From an uncultured Gemmatimonadales bacterium (GTDB lineage: Bacteria > Gemmatimonadota > Gemmatimonadetes > Gemmatimonadales > GWC2-71-9), in the NCBI GenBank assembly GCA_963740175.1, contig CAVUDL010000003.1, positions 74,150 through 138,149 on the forward strand: 64,000 nucleotides of DNA. Reading direction: 5' to 3'. The number at the start of each line of letters is the position of its first letter. Positions within the stretch are counted from its first letter, which is position 1. Below, in pieces: positions 26,818 through 35,708 of this stretch. Under the pieces are notes generated by a model that had not been told where the DNA came from, made no database searches, and was given only the letters and a program-made list of their open reading frames with translations. The position numbers and the translations under genes were made by a program.

Positions 26818-27932
26818 TGCAGTATCCGCAGCACTCCCGCCTCGGCGCTTCCCCGGACGAAAGCTTCCGCGTTAGTCGTGGGAATAATGACACCGGTCTC
26901 GGTTTGTCCCCTGCGCGCCAGACTTGCCATGAAATCGATCAGGGATCCCTGGGCCCACTCGCGATCGGCGGCCTTCATCTGCATCAGGATCTCGTCCCAG
27001 GTACCTCGAATGCTGTTGCCGGCAAGAGTCATGACCAGGTGCTGCTCACCCTGACCCGGCTTCTTCTGCATGGCGTGCAGCTCGCTCAGCAGGGTCCCGA
27101 ACAGCTCCAGCTGGTACGGGTCGCGCACTCCTCCGTCCGCCTGCTGGGCCTCTACTTCGGCCAGGAGCAGGTCTATGGCGTCCGGCTCTCCCACTACTTC
27201 TCCCAATCGAAGCAGCCAGGGTGCCAGCTCAGGATCCTCGTCCGGGAGCCGGTAGATGCTCTTCTTCAGCTCAATGTGGCGCCAGATGCCCAGCTCATCG
27301 AAGTGATCTTCCGGCTGGGTCCGCTCCAGATGATGCAGGGCGGCCTCGGACTCTCCTCGGTCGTACAGCAGGTTGGCCAGGTAGATACGGGCCTCGCTGT
27401 AGCCGGCGTCGATTTCCAGGGCCCGACGGAGCCAGTAGAGCGAGCCGGCATCGTTACCCATGCGGTGCGACGCGTAGCCCAGACACGCGGCGGCATCGGG
27501 CGACTCCGGGTGGGCGGCGGCGGCCAGATCGAAGAACCGGTGCGCCGGCGCTACCAGCCCCTCACGGAACAGCGCTCGGCCGACTTGGAGCATCAGCTCA
27601 TGGTCGTCCTGAAAGCCGAGCTGCAGGATCCGCTCGACGGCTCGCATGGCGCCGTCACGATCTCCCAGTTTGAGCAGGGTCTCGCCGAGGCCGGCGAGCC
27701 CGTCTTCGTGATCGGGATCGAGGGAAAGGGCTTGCTCGAAGCTCCGGCGCGCCCACGCGAACTCCTCCCGCGCGAGATGCGCGTAGGCAGTGCCGATATG
27801 GAGCTCGACTGCATGGGGATAAAGGGTGATGCCTTCCTTGAGGATGGTCAGAGCTTCATCGTAGCGGCCTTCGTTGTAGAGGTGATGAGCTTGTTCGTCG
27901 AAGTCGTCGGAGCTGAGGAATGCTTCCGACAT
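26814..27932 (-). CDS. TPR repeat protein
   Basis: Multiple TPR-like units (AHHLYNEGRYDEALTIL, ARRSFEQALSLDPDHEDGL, YSEARIYLANLLYDRGESEAAL). ATG 27932 is preceded by GGAGGT. Confidence 0.75.
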   Translation of the reverse strand: MSEAFLSSDDFDEQAHHLYNEGRYDEALTILKEGITLYPHAVELHIGTAYAHLAREEFAWARRSFEQALSLDPDHEDGLAGLGETLLKLGDRDGAMRAVERILQLGFQDDHELMLQVGRALFREGLVAPAHRFFDLAAAAHPESPDAAACLGYASHRMGNDAGSLYWLRRALEIDAGYSEARIYLANLLYDRGESEAALHHLERTQPEDHFDELGIWRHIELKKSIYRLPDEDPELAPWLLRLGEVVGEPDAIDLLLAEVEAQQADGGVRDPYQLELFGTLLSELHAMQKKPGQGEQHLVMTLAGNSIRGTWDEILMQMKAADREWAQGSLIDFMASLARRGQTETGVIIPTTNAEAFVRGSAEAGVLRILQ

Positions 27933-28010
27933 CGGCAGGACCTCCGAAGGCATGTTGGTTAACACAAAGTATGGAGTTGAGTCTGGTGGAGCAAGAGAAA
28001 AGACCCAGAA

Positions 28011-28039
28011 GCCACTGATCAACAAGGATGAACACGGAT
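28011..28039. repeat. Left arm of an about-29-bp imperfect inverted repeat flanking the GxxExxY gene
   Basis: gccactgatcaacaaggatgaacacggat versus the reverse complement of 28462-28490, gccacagatcaacacggataaacacggat (26/29 identical by my count). Confidence 0.8.
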
Positions 28040-28045
28040 GTGGCC

Positions 28046-28510
28046 TCACTTCTGGTGCCATGGTGCATTGGCATCACCGACAAACCGGCTCTTTCGGGGA
28101 TTATCGAAGAGCAGGCGCCTGAACTGCGGATGGGATCCGAAGTTCAGGAGTAGACCAATTTCTAAAGGGGTGGCTCGAAGATAATTCAGAGTTTGGGCCA
28201 CATGCTGCGGGTGCAGTTTTGGACATGCCTTGGCCTCGATCAGGATCGCCTTTTCTACCACCAAGTCGGCCCGAAACCTGCCAACGGCAGCGCCACGAAA
28301 GTGGACCGTTACCGCGCACTCTTTATCGACACTCAAGCCAGCCTGAACCAGCGCGATCCGCAGAGACTCCACGTAGACCGACTCCAGAAAGCCCGGCCCG
28401 AGCTCATTGTATACACCATAGAACACACCGATGATCTTCTCCGTTATCTCGAAGTGCTTCAATCCGTGTTTATCCGTGTTGATCTGTGGCTTATTCCCCG
28501 GCATGGCCAT
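28046..28510 (-). CDS. GxxExxY protein (PD-(D/E)XK nuclease superfamily)
   Basis: EKIIGVFYGVYNELGPGFLESVYVESL...DLVVEKAILIEAKA...QTLNYLRAT. Visibly lower GC than the flanks. Confidence 0.8.
   Translation of the reverse strand: MAMPGNKPQINTDKHGLKHFEITEKIIGVFYGVYNELGPGFLESVYVESLRIALVQAGLSVDKECAVTVHFRGAAVGRFRADLVVEKAILIEAKACPKLHPQHVAQTLNYLRATPLEIGLLLNFGSHPQFRRLLFDNPRKSRFVGDANAPWHQK
28462..28490. repeat. Right arm of the inverted repeat (inside the 5' end of the GxxExxY ORF; encodes PQINTDKHG)
   Basis: See 28011-28039. Confidence 0.8.
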
Positions 28511-28559
28511 CAGCGTAGGGCTTCTAACCGAGTGCTGCAGTACCGGTTAGCTTTGAGCC

Positions 28560-30093
28560 GTGACCTTCCAGCGCAAACTCCTGCTCGGCTTCTCGCTCAT
28601 GGTCCTCCCTGCCCTCATGGTCGGGGCCGAGGCGATCCGCAGCAACCTCCTGGAGCGTCGCGCCCTCCAGGCGCTGGGCGAGAGCATGGCCCGGACCCGG
28701 ACCTACGCGGAGCTGGAGACCGCGATGTTCGATCAGACGGAGATCATCTGGCGCTATCTCAGCGGGATGGATCCGAGCCGCTAAAGAGGAGTTCCGGCTG
28801 GGAGGGCAGGTCGTGGACTACTGGCAGCGGCGCTGGGCTGAGGAGCTGCGTCCGGACGAGCAGGCGCTGGCCGAGAGCGTGGCGGGGATCCAGCGTCAGA
28901 TTCAGACCACGGGGGCCGGCATCTTTCGGCTCTACGATTCCGGTCGCCGGCAGGAGGCCTACGCTATGGCTCAGCAGGAGCTGAAGGGTCGGCTCCAGCC
29001 GGCGCTGACCCAGCTGAACCGTGACATCTACCGGCGGGCCCGCGAGTCGAGCGTGCGCGGCGCCTATACCCGGCTCGAGGAAATCCTGGCCAACCAGGAG
29101 CGGGTCCTTCTCCTGATCGTGGTTCTCACCCTGGCCGCCGGGTTGCTCGGATCCTGGCTGATCTCTCGCAGCCTGGCGCGGCCGGTAAGCCAGTTGACCC
29201 GGGCCATGTCGGTAGTCGGTGCCGGCCAGCTCGATCACCCTATCACCTCAGAGTCGAGGGACGAGATCGGCGAGCTGGCTCGGGCCTTCGCCGGGATGAC
29301 CGACAACCTGCGGCAGTCCCGGGCCGAAATGCTCCGGCTCAACCAGCAGCTGGAAGCCAAGATCTCCCAGCTGGAGCGGACCCAGGCGCAGCTGGTCCAG
29401 TCCGAGAAGCTCGCTTCGATCGGTGAAATGGCCGCCGCCGTGGCGCACGGGCTCCGCAACCCGTTGGCCAGCCTGCGCGCCGCGGCGCAGGTCGTTCGCC
29501 GCCATCCCGACTCGCCCTCATCCGCCGAGCACCTCGATGCCATCGTGGAGGAGGTCGACCGCCTCGACCGCCGCATCACCCACCTGCTGAGCTTCTCACG
29601 TCCGGCACCATTTCATCCTCTGAGCGAGAGCGTTCCCCGCCTGGTCCAGGGACTGCTTCCGGCGTTCTCCGAGCCACTGAAGGAACGGCGTGTGGACCTG
29701 GACCTGGACCTGCCGCCGTCTCTGCCCGAGGTACGGATCGATCCCATGCAGCTGGAGCAGGCGGTGGTGGAAATCATCTCCAATGCGCTCGACGCCATGC
29801 CGGGCGGGGGCCGCCTCCGGGTTGCCGCGTCGTTCAACGGAGCGAGTGGATCGGGCGACCGGGTGACCATCGAAATTGGCGACACCGGCGGAGGTATCCC
29901 CGACAACGTCCTCCCCTCGGTTTGCGAGCCGTTCTTTACCACCCGCTCCGACGGTACCGGGCTGGGCCTTGCCATCGCCAAGCGCTATGTCGAGCAGAAC
30001 GGTGGCAGGCTGGAGATCGTCAGCACGCCGGCCGGCACCACGGTCAAGATCTCGCTTCCGGTCGCCGCGGCTGAAACCGGAGTTCCGGCGTGA
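28560..30093 (+). pseudogene. HAMP-domain sensor histidine kinase, one +1 frame break near 28775
   Basis: N-terminal TM (ORF 28560..28784). The rest is in ORF 28813..30093: HAMP, H-box EMAAAVAHGLRNPL, N/G boxes EIISNALDAM, GDTGGGIP, GTGLGLAI. Confidence 0.85.
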
Positions 30094-31511
30094 GCGGCTC
30101 CACCGTCCTGATCGTTGACGACGAGCGAACCCTGGCTCGAGCCATCAAGACCTTCATGGCCGAAGCAGGCTACGACGCCGAAGTGGCAGGCGATGCCGAA
30201 AAGGCCATGGAGCTGGTCGAAAGTCTGCGTCCGGATGTGGTCTTCGCCGACGTGAGGCTTCCCGGCATGAGCGGCATAGACCTGCTGCGCCGAATTCGGG
30301 AGTTCGATCCCGCCATTCCCGTCATCATCATGACGGCACACGGCACCATCGAGGGCGCCGTCGAAGCGGTCAAGCTGGGCGCCTTCGATTACATGAAGAA
30401 GCCGGTGGATCTGGAGGAGCTCAAGCTGCTGGCGGATCGGGCCCAGGAAACCGCGCTATTGAAACAGGAGCTATCGTATTATCGGCGGAGGGCAGGAAGC
30501 GAAGCGCCCTTCTCCGGCATACTCGGCAACTCGCCCGCCCTGCGGTCGGTGCTGGAGCAGGTCCGCCAGATTGCCGCGCTCGACGAGACGCCGCCGGTAC
30601 TGATTACGGGTGAGACCGGAACCGGAAAGGGGCTGGTGGCACGGACGCTCCACAGCTCGGGGCCCCGCTCGGCCAAGCCATTCATCGATGTCAACTGCAC
30701 CGCGCTGCCGGCCAACCTCATGGAAGCCGAGCTCTTCGGCTATGAGCGCGGCGCATTCACTGATGCCAAGGAATCGAAGATCGGCCTCTTTGAGGCGGCG
30801 GAGGGCGGATTTCTCTTCCTCGACGAGATCGGGGACCTGGAGCTGTCGCTCCAGGGAAAGCTGCTGCGGGCGATCGAGGAGCGAACGATCCGCCGGGTAG
30901 GCGGCATCCGGGACCGGAAGATCAACGTCCGGATCCTTGCCGCGACCAACCGTGACCTCGAGCAGGAGGTTCAGCAGAATCGCTTCCGAAGCGACCTGTA
31001 CTTCCGCCTGGCGGTCATCCTGCTTCACCTGCCGCCGCTCCGCGAACGAGGCGACGATACGTTGGTGCTGGCGCAGCACTTTCTCCGGCGGTTCAGCACG
31101 AAGTATGGAAAGGACGTTCGGCGAATCGACGACCGCGCCCGCGCCGTGCTGCTCTCGTATCCCTGGCCCGGGAACGTGCGGGAGCTGAGCCACGTCATCG
31201 AGCGGGCAGTGCTCTGGAGCCGGGACGATACCCTCACTGTCGAGCACCTCTCGGTGGCAGCGCCAATGAAAGCCGTGCCGGAGCCGGCGCCAGCGAGCGT
31301 CGTCGAACAACGGCAGGCGGCGAGCGGAGCCGCGCTGGGACCGGCTGAGCAGTCCGCTGAGAGCACCGACCTGACCCAGGTGGAACGGGGCCTGATAGAG
31401 CGCGCCATGCGAGATGCCGGGGGCAATCAGACCCGCGCAGCGCAACGGCTAGGCATCAGTCGGGACACCCTGCGCTATAGGCTGAAGAAGTTCGGCATCC
31501 AGAGTGGGTGA
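30090..31511 (+). CDS. Sigma-54-dependent response regulator (NtrC family enhancer-binding protein)
   Basis: Receiver domain, AAA+ (GETGTGKG, GAFTDA, FLDEIG, RVGG) and C-terminal Fis-type HTH (QTRAAQRLGISRDTLRYRLKK). Confidence 0.9.
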   Translation: MSGSTVLIVDDERTLARAIKTFMAEAGYDAEVAGDAEKAMELVESLRPDVVFADVRLPGMSGIDLLRRIREFDPAIPVIIMTAHGTIEGAVEAVKLGAFDYMKKPVDLEELKLLADRAQETALLKQELSYYRRRAGSEAPFSGILGNSPALRSVLEQVRQIAALDETPPVLITGETGTGKGLVARTLHSSGPRSAKPFIDVNCTALPANLMEAELFGYERGAFTDAKESKIGLFEAAEGGFLFLDEIGDLELSLQGKLLRAIEERTIRRVGGIRDRKINVRILAATNRDLEQEVQQNRFRSDLYFRLAVILLHLPPLRERGDDTLVLAQHFLRRFSTKYGKDVRRIDDRARAVLLSYPWPGNVRELSHVIERAVLWSRDDTLTVEHLSVAAPMKAVPEPAPASVVEQRQAASGAALGPAEQSAESTDLTQVERGLIERAMRDAGGNQTRAAQRLGISRDTLRYRLKKFGIQSG

Positions 31512-31537
31512 AAACACCCAGCCGGTCTTTTCACCCA
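31505..31537. promoter_or_regulatory. Inverted repeat GGGTGAAAA-N13-TTTTCACCC (alternative TGGGTG-aaaa-CACCCA) at the regulator stop codon; candidate UAS or hairpin
   Basis: Read directly, about 100-125 nt upstream of the -24/-12 element. Confidence 0.35.
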
Positions 31538-31629
31538 CCTGTCTGTCAGGCCAGCCTCTGCTGCCTTAGTTCCCTCCAGCTGTTCTGCCCTCAACGAGTT
31601 AGGACTCTGCGGACCGGCCTGGTCACTGT

Positions 31630-31645
31630 TGGCACGGCGCCTGCC
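31630..31645 (+). promoter_or_regulatory. Candidate sigma-54 promoter TGGCACGGCGCCTGCC (-24 GG / -12 GC at canonical spacing)
   Basis: Matches TGGCACG-N4-TTGCW at 13 of the 15 specified consensus positions, including both invariant dinucleotides. About 93 nt upstream of the pqqA ATG. Confidence 0.6.
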
Positions 31646-31737
31646 ATACCGAGGGTGTGGTCGGGTCAGATCCTGGTCCGACTGGGTCAAAGCACCCACT
31701 CGATCGACGATCTACCATCAACTGCGGAGCGCACTAC

Positions 31738-31812
31738 ATGGCATGGACCAAGCCGGAAGCGGAAGTTGTGGCCGTCACGATGGAAGTCACCGCGTACGTT
31801 GCAACCCTCTAG
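31738..31812 (+). CDS. pqqA: PQQ precursor peptide PqqA (24 aa), absent from the ORF track
   Basis: Own translation MAWTKPEAEVVAVTMEVTAYVATL with the E-x3-Y (EVTAY) core. GGAG 8 nt upstream and directly upstream of pqqB. Confidence 0.85.
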   Translation: MAWTKPEAEVVAVTMEVTAYVATL

Positions 31813-31861
31813 CCAGCGCTGAGTCAAGGGCCCGTGAGAAGCGGGCCCTTCGGCTATCCCC

Positions 31862-32772
31862 GTGCACATCGTACTACTGGGTACTGCCGCTGGTGGGGGA
31901 TTTCCGCAGTGGAATTGCTGGTGCCCCATCTGCCGGGCGGCGCGTACCGCTCCCCAACGGGCCGTGCGGAGGCGGCAATCGTCCGCAGCTGTCAGCGTAG
32001 ACGGGGAGCGCTGGTTTCTGCTCAACGCCTCGCCGGACGTTCACGACCAGCTCGACTGTCTTCCCGGCCCGATTCCAGCCGGAGTGCGACACGTGCCAGT
32101 GGAAGGAATCGTGACCACCGACGCGGAGCTGGACCACACGCTCGGCATCGTGCTGCTCCGCGAGGCCCGACACCTCCAGCTGCTGGCGACGGCCGCGGTT
32201 CGGCGGATTCTCGAGCAGGATTCGCGGATCCTTCCAGTGACGCAGGCTTTCGCTCGGGTGGACGTCACCGAGATGGAAATCGGCCGCTCCACTCCGCTCG
32301 GATATCGCAACGGGGAGTCGAGCGGCATTGCCATCGAGCCGTTCGAGGTGCCGGCCGGCGCCACCCCGGTTCGTGCGAGAAGGTGCCCCCGGCCATACCG
32401 TAGGGCTGATACTGGTCGACCGCGAAAGCGGCGGATCCTGCGCCTACGTCCCCGGCTGTGGCGAGCTCGACGACGCCCTGCTCGAGCGCATGGCCCAGAC
32501 CGACCTGGTTCTCTTCGACGGAACCTTCTGGACCGACGACGAGCTGATCTCACTCGGTATCGGTGACCGGCGGGCCCGGGAAATGGATCACCAGCCGATC
32601 TCCGGCCCGAGCGGGACCCTTTCCCGGTTGTCCGCGTCTGACCCGCCCGAAGAAGGTCTATACCCACATCAACAACACCAATCCCATTCTGCTCGAGGAC
32701 TCGCCTGAGCGGGCGATGGTCGAGCGTGCAGGGCTTACCGTCGGAGCCGACGGCATGACCTTCACCGTCTGA
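31862..32772 (+). pseudogene. pqqB: PQQ biosynthesis protein B (metallo-beta-lactamase fold), two +1 frame breaks (near 32365 and 32640)
   Basis: HIVLLGTAAGGGFPQWNCWCPICR..., HTVGLILVD...AYVPGCGELD..., C-terminal KVYTHINNTNPIL, across three frames. Confidence 0.85.
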
Positions 32773-32776
32773 GACT

Positions 32777-33529
32777 ATGACCATCGGACTCGCCGCCTCG
32801 GCGCTCTCGGCGCCGCCGCCGCCACCGATTCCGCGGCTTGACCGGCCGCTCGGTTCCGAGGCACTGGCGGAGAGCCTGCGCTCGTTCAGCACGTCATACT
32901 ACGCCCGGCATCCCTTTCACCAGCTGATGCACGAAGGCAGGCTCACGCCCAGCCAGCTTCAGGGCTGGGTAGCCAACCGGCTGGCCTATCAGCGCGCCAT
33001 ACCCCGGAAGGATGCCGCCATCATCTCGAACTGCCCCGATCCGGTAGTGCGGCGGCAGTGGATGCAGCGCATTGTCGATCACGACGGTACCGGGCCGGGC
33101 ACCGGTGGAATCGAAATGTGGATCCGGCTGGGTGAGGCGCTCGGTGTTCCGCGAGACGAGATGGAGGACGAGCGTCACGTGTTGCCTGGCGTTCGGCTCG
33201 CGGCAGAGTCCTATGTCACGTTCTGCAAGACCCGGCCGTGGATCGAGGCCGTAGCGTCGTCGCTGACCGAGCTGTTTGCGCCTGACCTCATGCGGAAGCG
33301 CATCGCCGCCTTTCCGGCGCACTATCCATGGATCAAGCCCGGAGCGTTGGACTACTTCCAGAGTCGTCTGGTCCAGGCTCCGCGCGACAGTCAGCAGGGG
33401 CTTCAGCTGGTTCAGCGGCACTGTACCACCGTCGAGACCCAGCGGCGGGCCTTCGAAGCCCTGGGGTTCAAGCTGGAGATGCTCTGGGTGATGATCGATA
33501 CGATCCATCATGCATACGGTGACGCGTGA
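32777..33529 (+). CDS. pqqC: Pyrroloquinoline-quinone synthase PqqC
   Basis: YYARHPFHQLMHEGRLTPSQLQGWVANRLAYQ..., TELFAPDLM..., YFQSRL. Intact 250 aa. Confidence 0.9.
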   Translation: MTIGLAASALSAPPPPPIPRLDRPLGSEALAESLRSFSTSYYARHPFHQLMHEGRLTPSQLQGWVANRLAYQRAIPRKDAAIISNCPDPVVRRQWMQRIVDHDGTGPGTGGIEMWIRLGEALGVPRDEMEDERHVLPGVRLAAESYVTFCKTRPWIEAVASSLTELFAPDLMRKRIAAFPAHYPWIKPGALDYFQSRLVQAPRDSQQGLQLVQRHCTTVETQRRAFEALGFKLEMLWVMIDTIHHAYGDA

Positions 33530-33817
33530 GCGAGGCCGTTGACTCCCGCCTGCTGACTCCGGATTCCATTCCGAAGCTCTGGCGCATGACCCGGCTGCAC
33601 TTCGATCCGGTCCGGCAGCGTCCCGTGCTGCTGTACCCGGAGGGCGCCGTCCTGCTGAACGACACCGGCGCTGCCATCCTGGAGCTGTGCGATGGCAGCA
33701 ACAGCGTCGCGCAAATCGTCCGACATTCTGACCGAGCGCTACCAGGCCGATGTCAGTGACGACGTGACCGAATACCTGAAGCTGATGGCAGAGAGAGAGC
33801 TGATTCGTGCCCGGTGA
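33526..33817 (+). pseudogene. pqqD: PQQ biosynthesis peptide chaperone PqqD, one +1 frame break near 33718
   Basis: PKLWRMTRLHFDPVRQRPVLLYPEGAVLLNDTGAAILELCDG, then [31 protein letters not shown] in the next frame. Confidence 0.8.
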
Positions 33818-34906
33818 CATCCCTACCACGCTTCTGGCGGAGCTGACTCACCGTTGCCCGCTGCACTGCCCCTACTGCTCCAACCCCCTGGAGCTGATCA
33901 GGGCCGAGAGCGAGCTCGCCGACCGAAGACTGGAAACGCGTTTTCACCCAGGCGCGCGAGCTGGGAGTGCTGCAGCTGGGCCTCTCGGGCGGCGAGCCGC
34001 TGCTGCGGAAGGACCTGGAGGAGCTGGCAGCCCACGCGCGGGCCGAAGGGCTCTACTCGACGCTGGTTACCTCCGGGTTGGGCCTCACCCGCGCCCGCGC
34101 CGAGCGGCTCAAGCGCGGGGGGCTGGAGCACATTCAGATCTCCATCCAGGATTCCGACCCCGACGGTGGCGGAGCGCATTGCGGGGGTAAGGTCGGTCAA
34201 GCACAAAGAGGCTGCCGCTGCCATCGTGCGCGAACTGGGCTTTGCCTTCACGGTCAACGTGGTGCTCCACCGCGCCAATCTGGATCGTATCGGCAGCATC
34301 ATCGACCTGGCGGCGGACCTGGGCGCCGATCGTGTCGAGCTGGCGAACACCCAGTACTACGGCTGGGGACTGCAGAACCGTGCTGCGCTGATGCCGACCA
34401 GGGAGCAGGTCGAGCGCTCCCGCGAAATCGCCGAGCGCGCGGTCCAGCAGTACCGCGGGACGGATGCAGATCACGTATGTGCTGCCGGATTACTACGAGG
34501 CGTTTCCGAAGGCGTGCTACGGCGGCTGGGGGAAGCTCTACCTCGTGGTCACTCCGAACGGGAATGTCCTGCCGTGCCACGGCGCCACCGGAATCACCAC
34601 GCTCCAGTTTGACAACGTCCAAACCCGCTCCCTCGACTGGATCTGGCGCGAGTCCGCATGCATTCCGTGCCTTCCGGGGCGACAGCTGGATGAAGGAGCC
34701 CTGCCGCAGCTGCCCCCGAAAGGCGGTCGACTTCGGCGGCTGCCGTTGCCAGGCCTTCGCTCTCACGGGTGACGCCGCCAACCCTGACCCTGTCTGTACG
34801 CTGACCCCTCTTCGCCGCATCGTAGATCAGGCGCTTATGCGAGCCGTCCAAGGAGATGGACGAGTACGGCTATCGGTACTTCGCCGGCGAGCCGCAGCGC
34901 GTGTGA
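33807..34906 (+). pseudogene. pqqE: Radical SAM/SPASM enzyme PqqE, about five +1 frame breaks
   Basis: [19 protein letters not shown] (CxxxCxxC), [55 protein letters not shown] (SPASM), spread over frames. Inferred stop TGA at 34904-34906. Confidence 0.85.
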
Positions 34907-34910
34907 CCCT

Positions 34911-35701
34911 TCATCGGCCGCCGGAAGGCCGGCAACCCGACGCAGGGAGAAGCCGCGCCAGGGTGACCTGCTGCTCGACCTTCGAACGCACCGCCTGACG
35001 CACCGTCCGGCTCGGCGGCACGGTGGTTTCTACGACTATCGTACGCTCGCGGCGGAGCAGACCGGTCTGAGGATGCCACACGAACCGGCCGGTCTCTTCA
35101 CTTCGCTGCTGAACCTCGAGCGGCACCGTGTCCGCGGCCGAGGCTGCCGCCTGGATCTTCTCCTGCTTTCTGAGCTCGAATCGGTGCAGTCGCGTCCCCG
35201 ACTGCCAGGCTGTCGACCTGGCGCCGTATGGTCAGACCCGCGCCGTCGGTCCACGTCTCGCCTTCTGCGAGGGAGCGGCCAGCCAGGAGAGGAAAGATAT
35301 CGTTCAGCAGCATCGGCCATTCCGGCCACCTCTGCCACCTCATCCGGCACGAACGGATGTACCTGGGCGGTGTAGTGGCCGGTGCGGCTCAGCGTTCCGC
35401 GATAGCGACCACCGAGCAAACCATCGGTGTCGGGTGTGATCGCGGTCTCTTCCGACCGGCGCGTGATGGACAGGGAATCGAGCCATCCCTCGAGGGCCAG
35501 CTCCTGGCCCGAAGTCGTCGCGCGGAACTGCCACGTGCCACGGCGACTCGAGGTCTGGCGCCGGGTTCGTCCGCCTGCTTCGGTCAGGATCTTCGACTCG
35601 CCCGTTTCCAGGAACCTGGCGCAGTCGAGCTGCGCGGCGGAGTACGTGATCGCGGGCGTTTGCTGAATGGCGAACACGAGGCCGAGGAGCAGGATGGCCA
35701 A
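34911..35701 (-). pseudogene. Hypothetical secreted protein with two +1 frame breaks
   Basis: Hydrophobic N-terminus MAILLLGLVFAIQQTPA. Continuation found in ORFs 35098..35343 and 34911..35126. No family recognised. Confidence 0.35.
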
Positions 35702-35708
35702 GGTTGCC

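Noticed and set aside
26904-27962. 352-aa plus-strand ORF
   Set aside because: Antisense to the TPR protein gene.
30471-31445. 324-aa minus-strand ORF
   Set aside because: Antisense to the sigma-54 activator gene.
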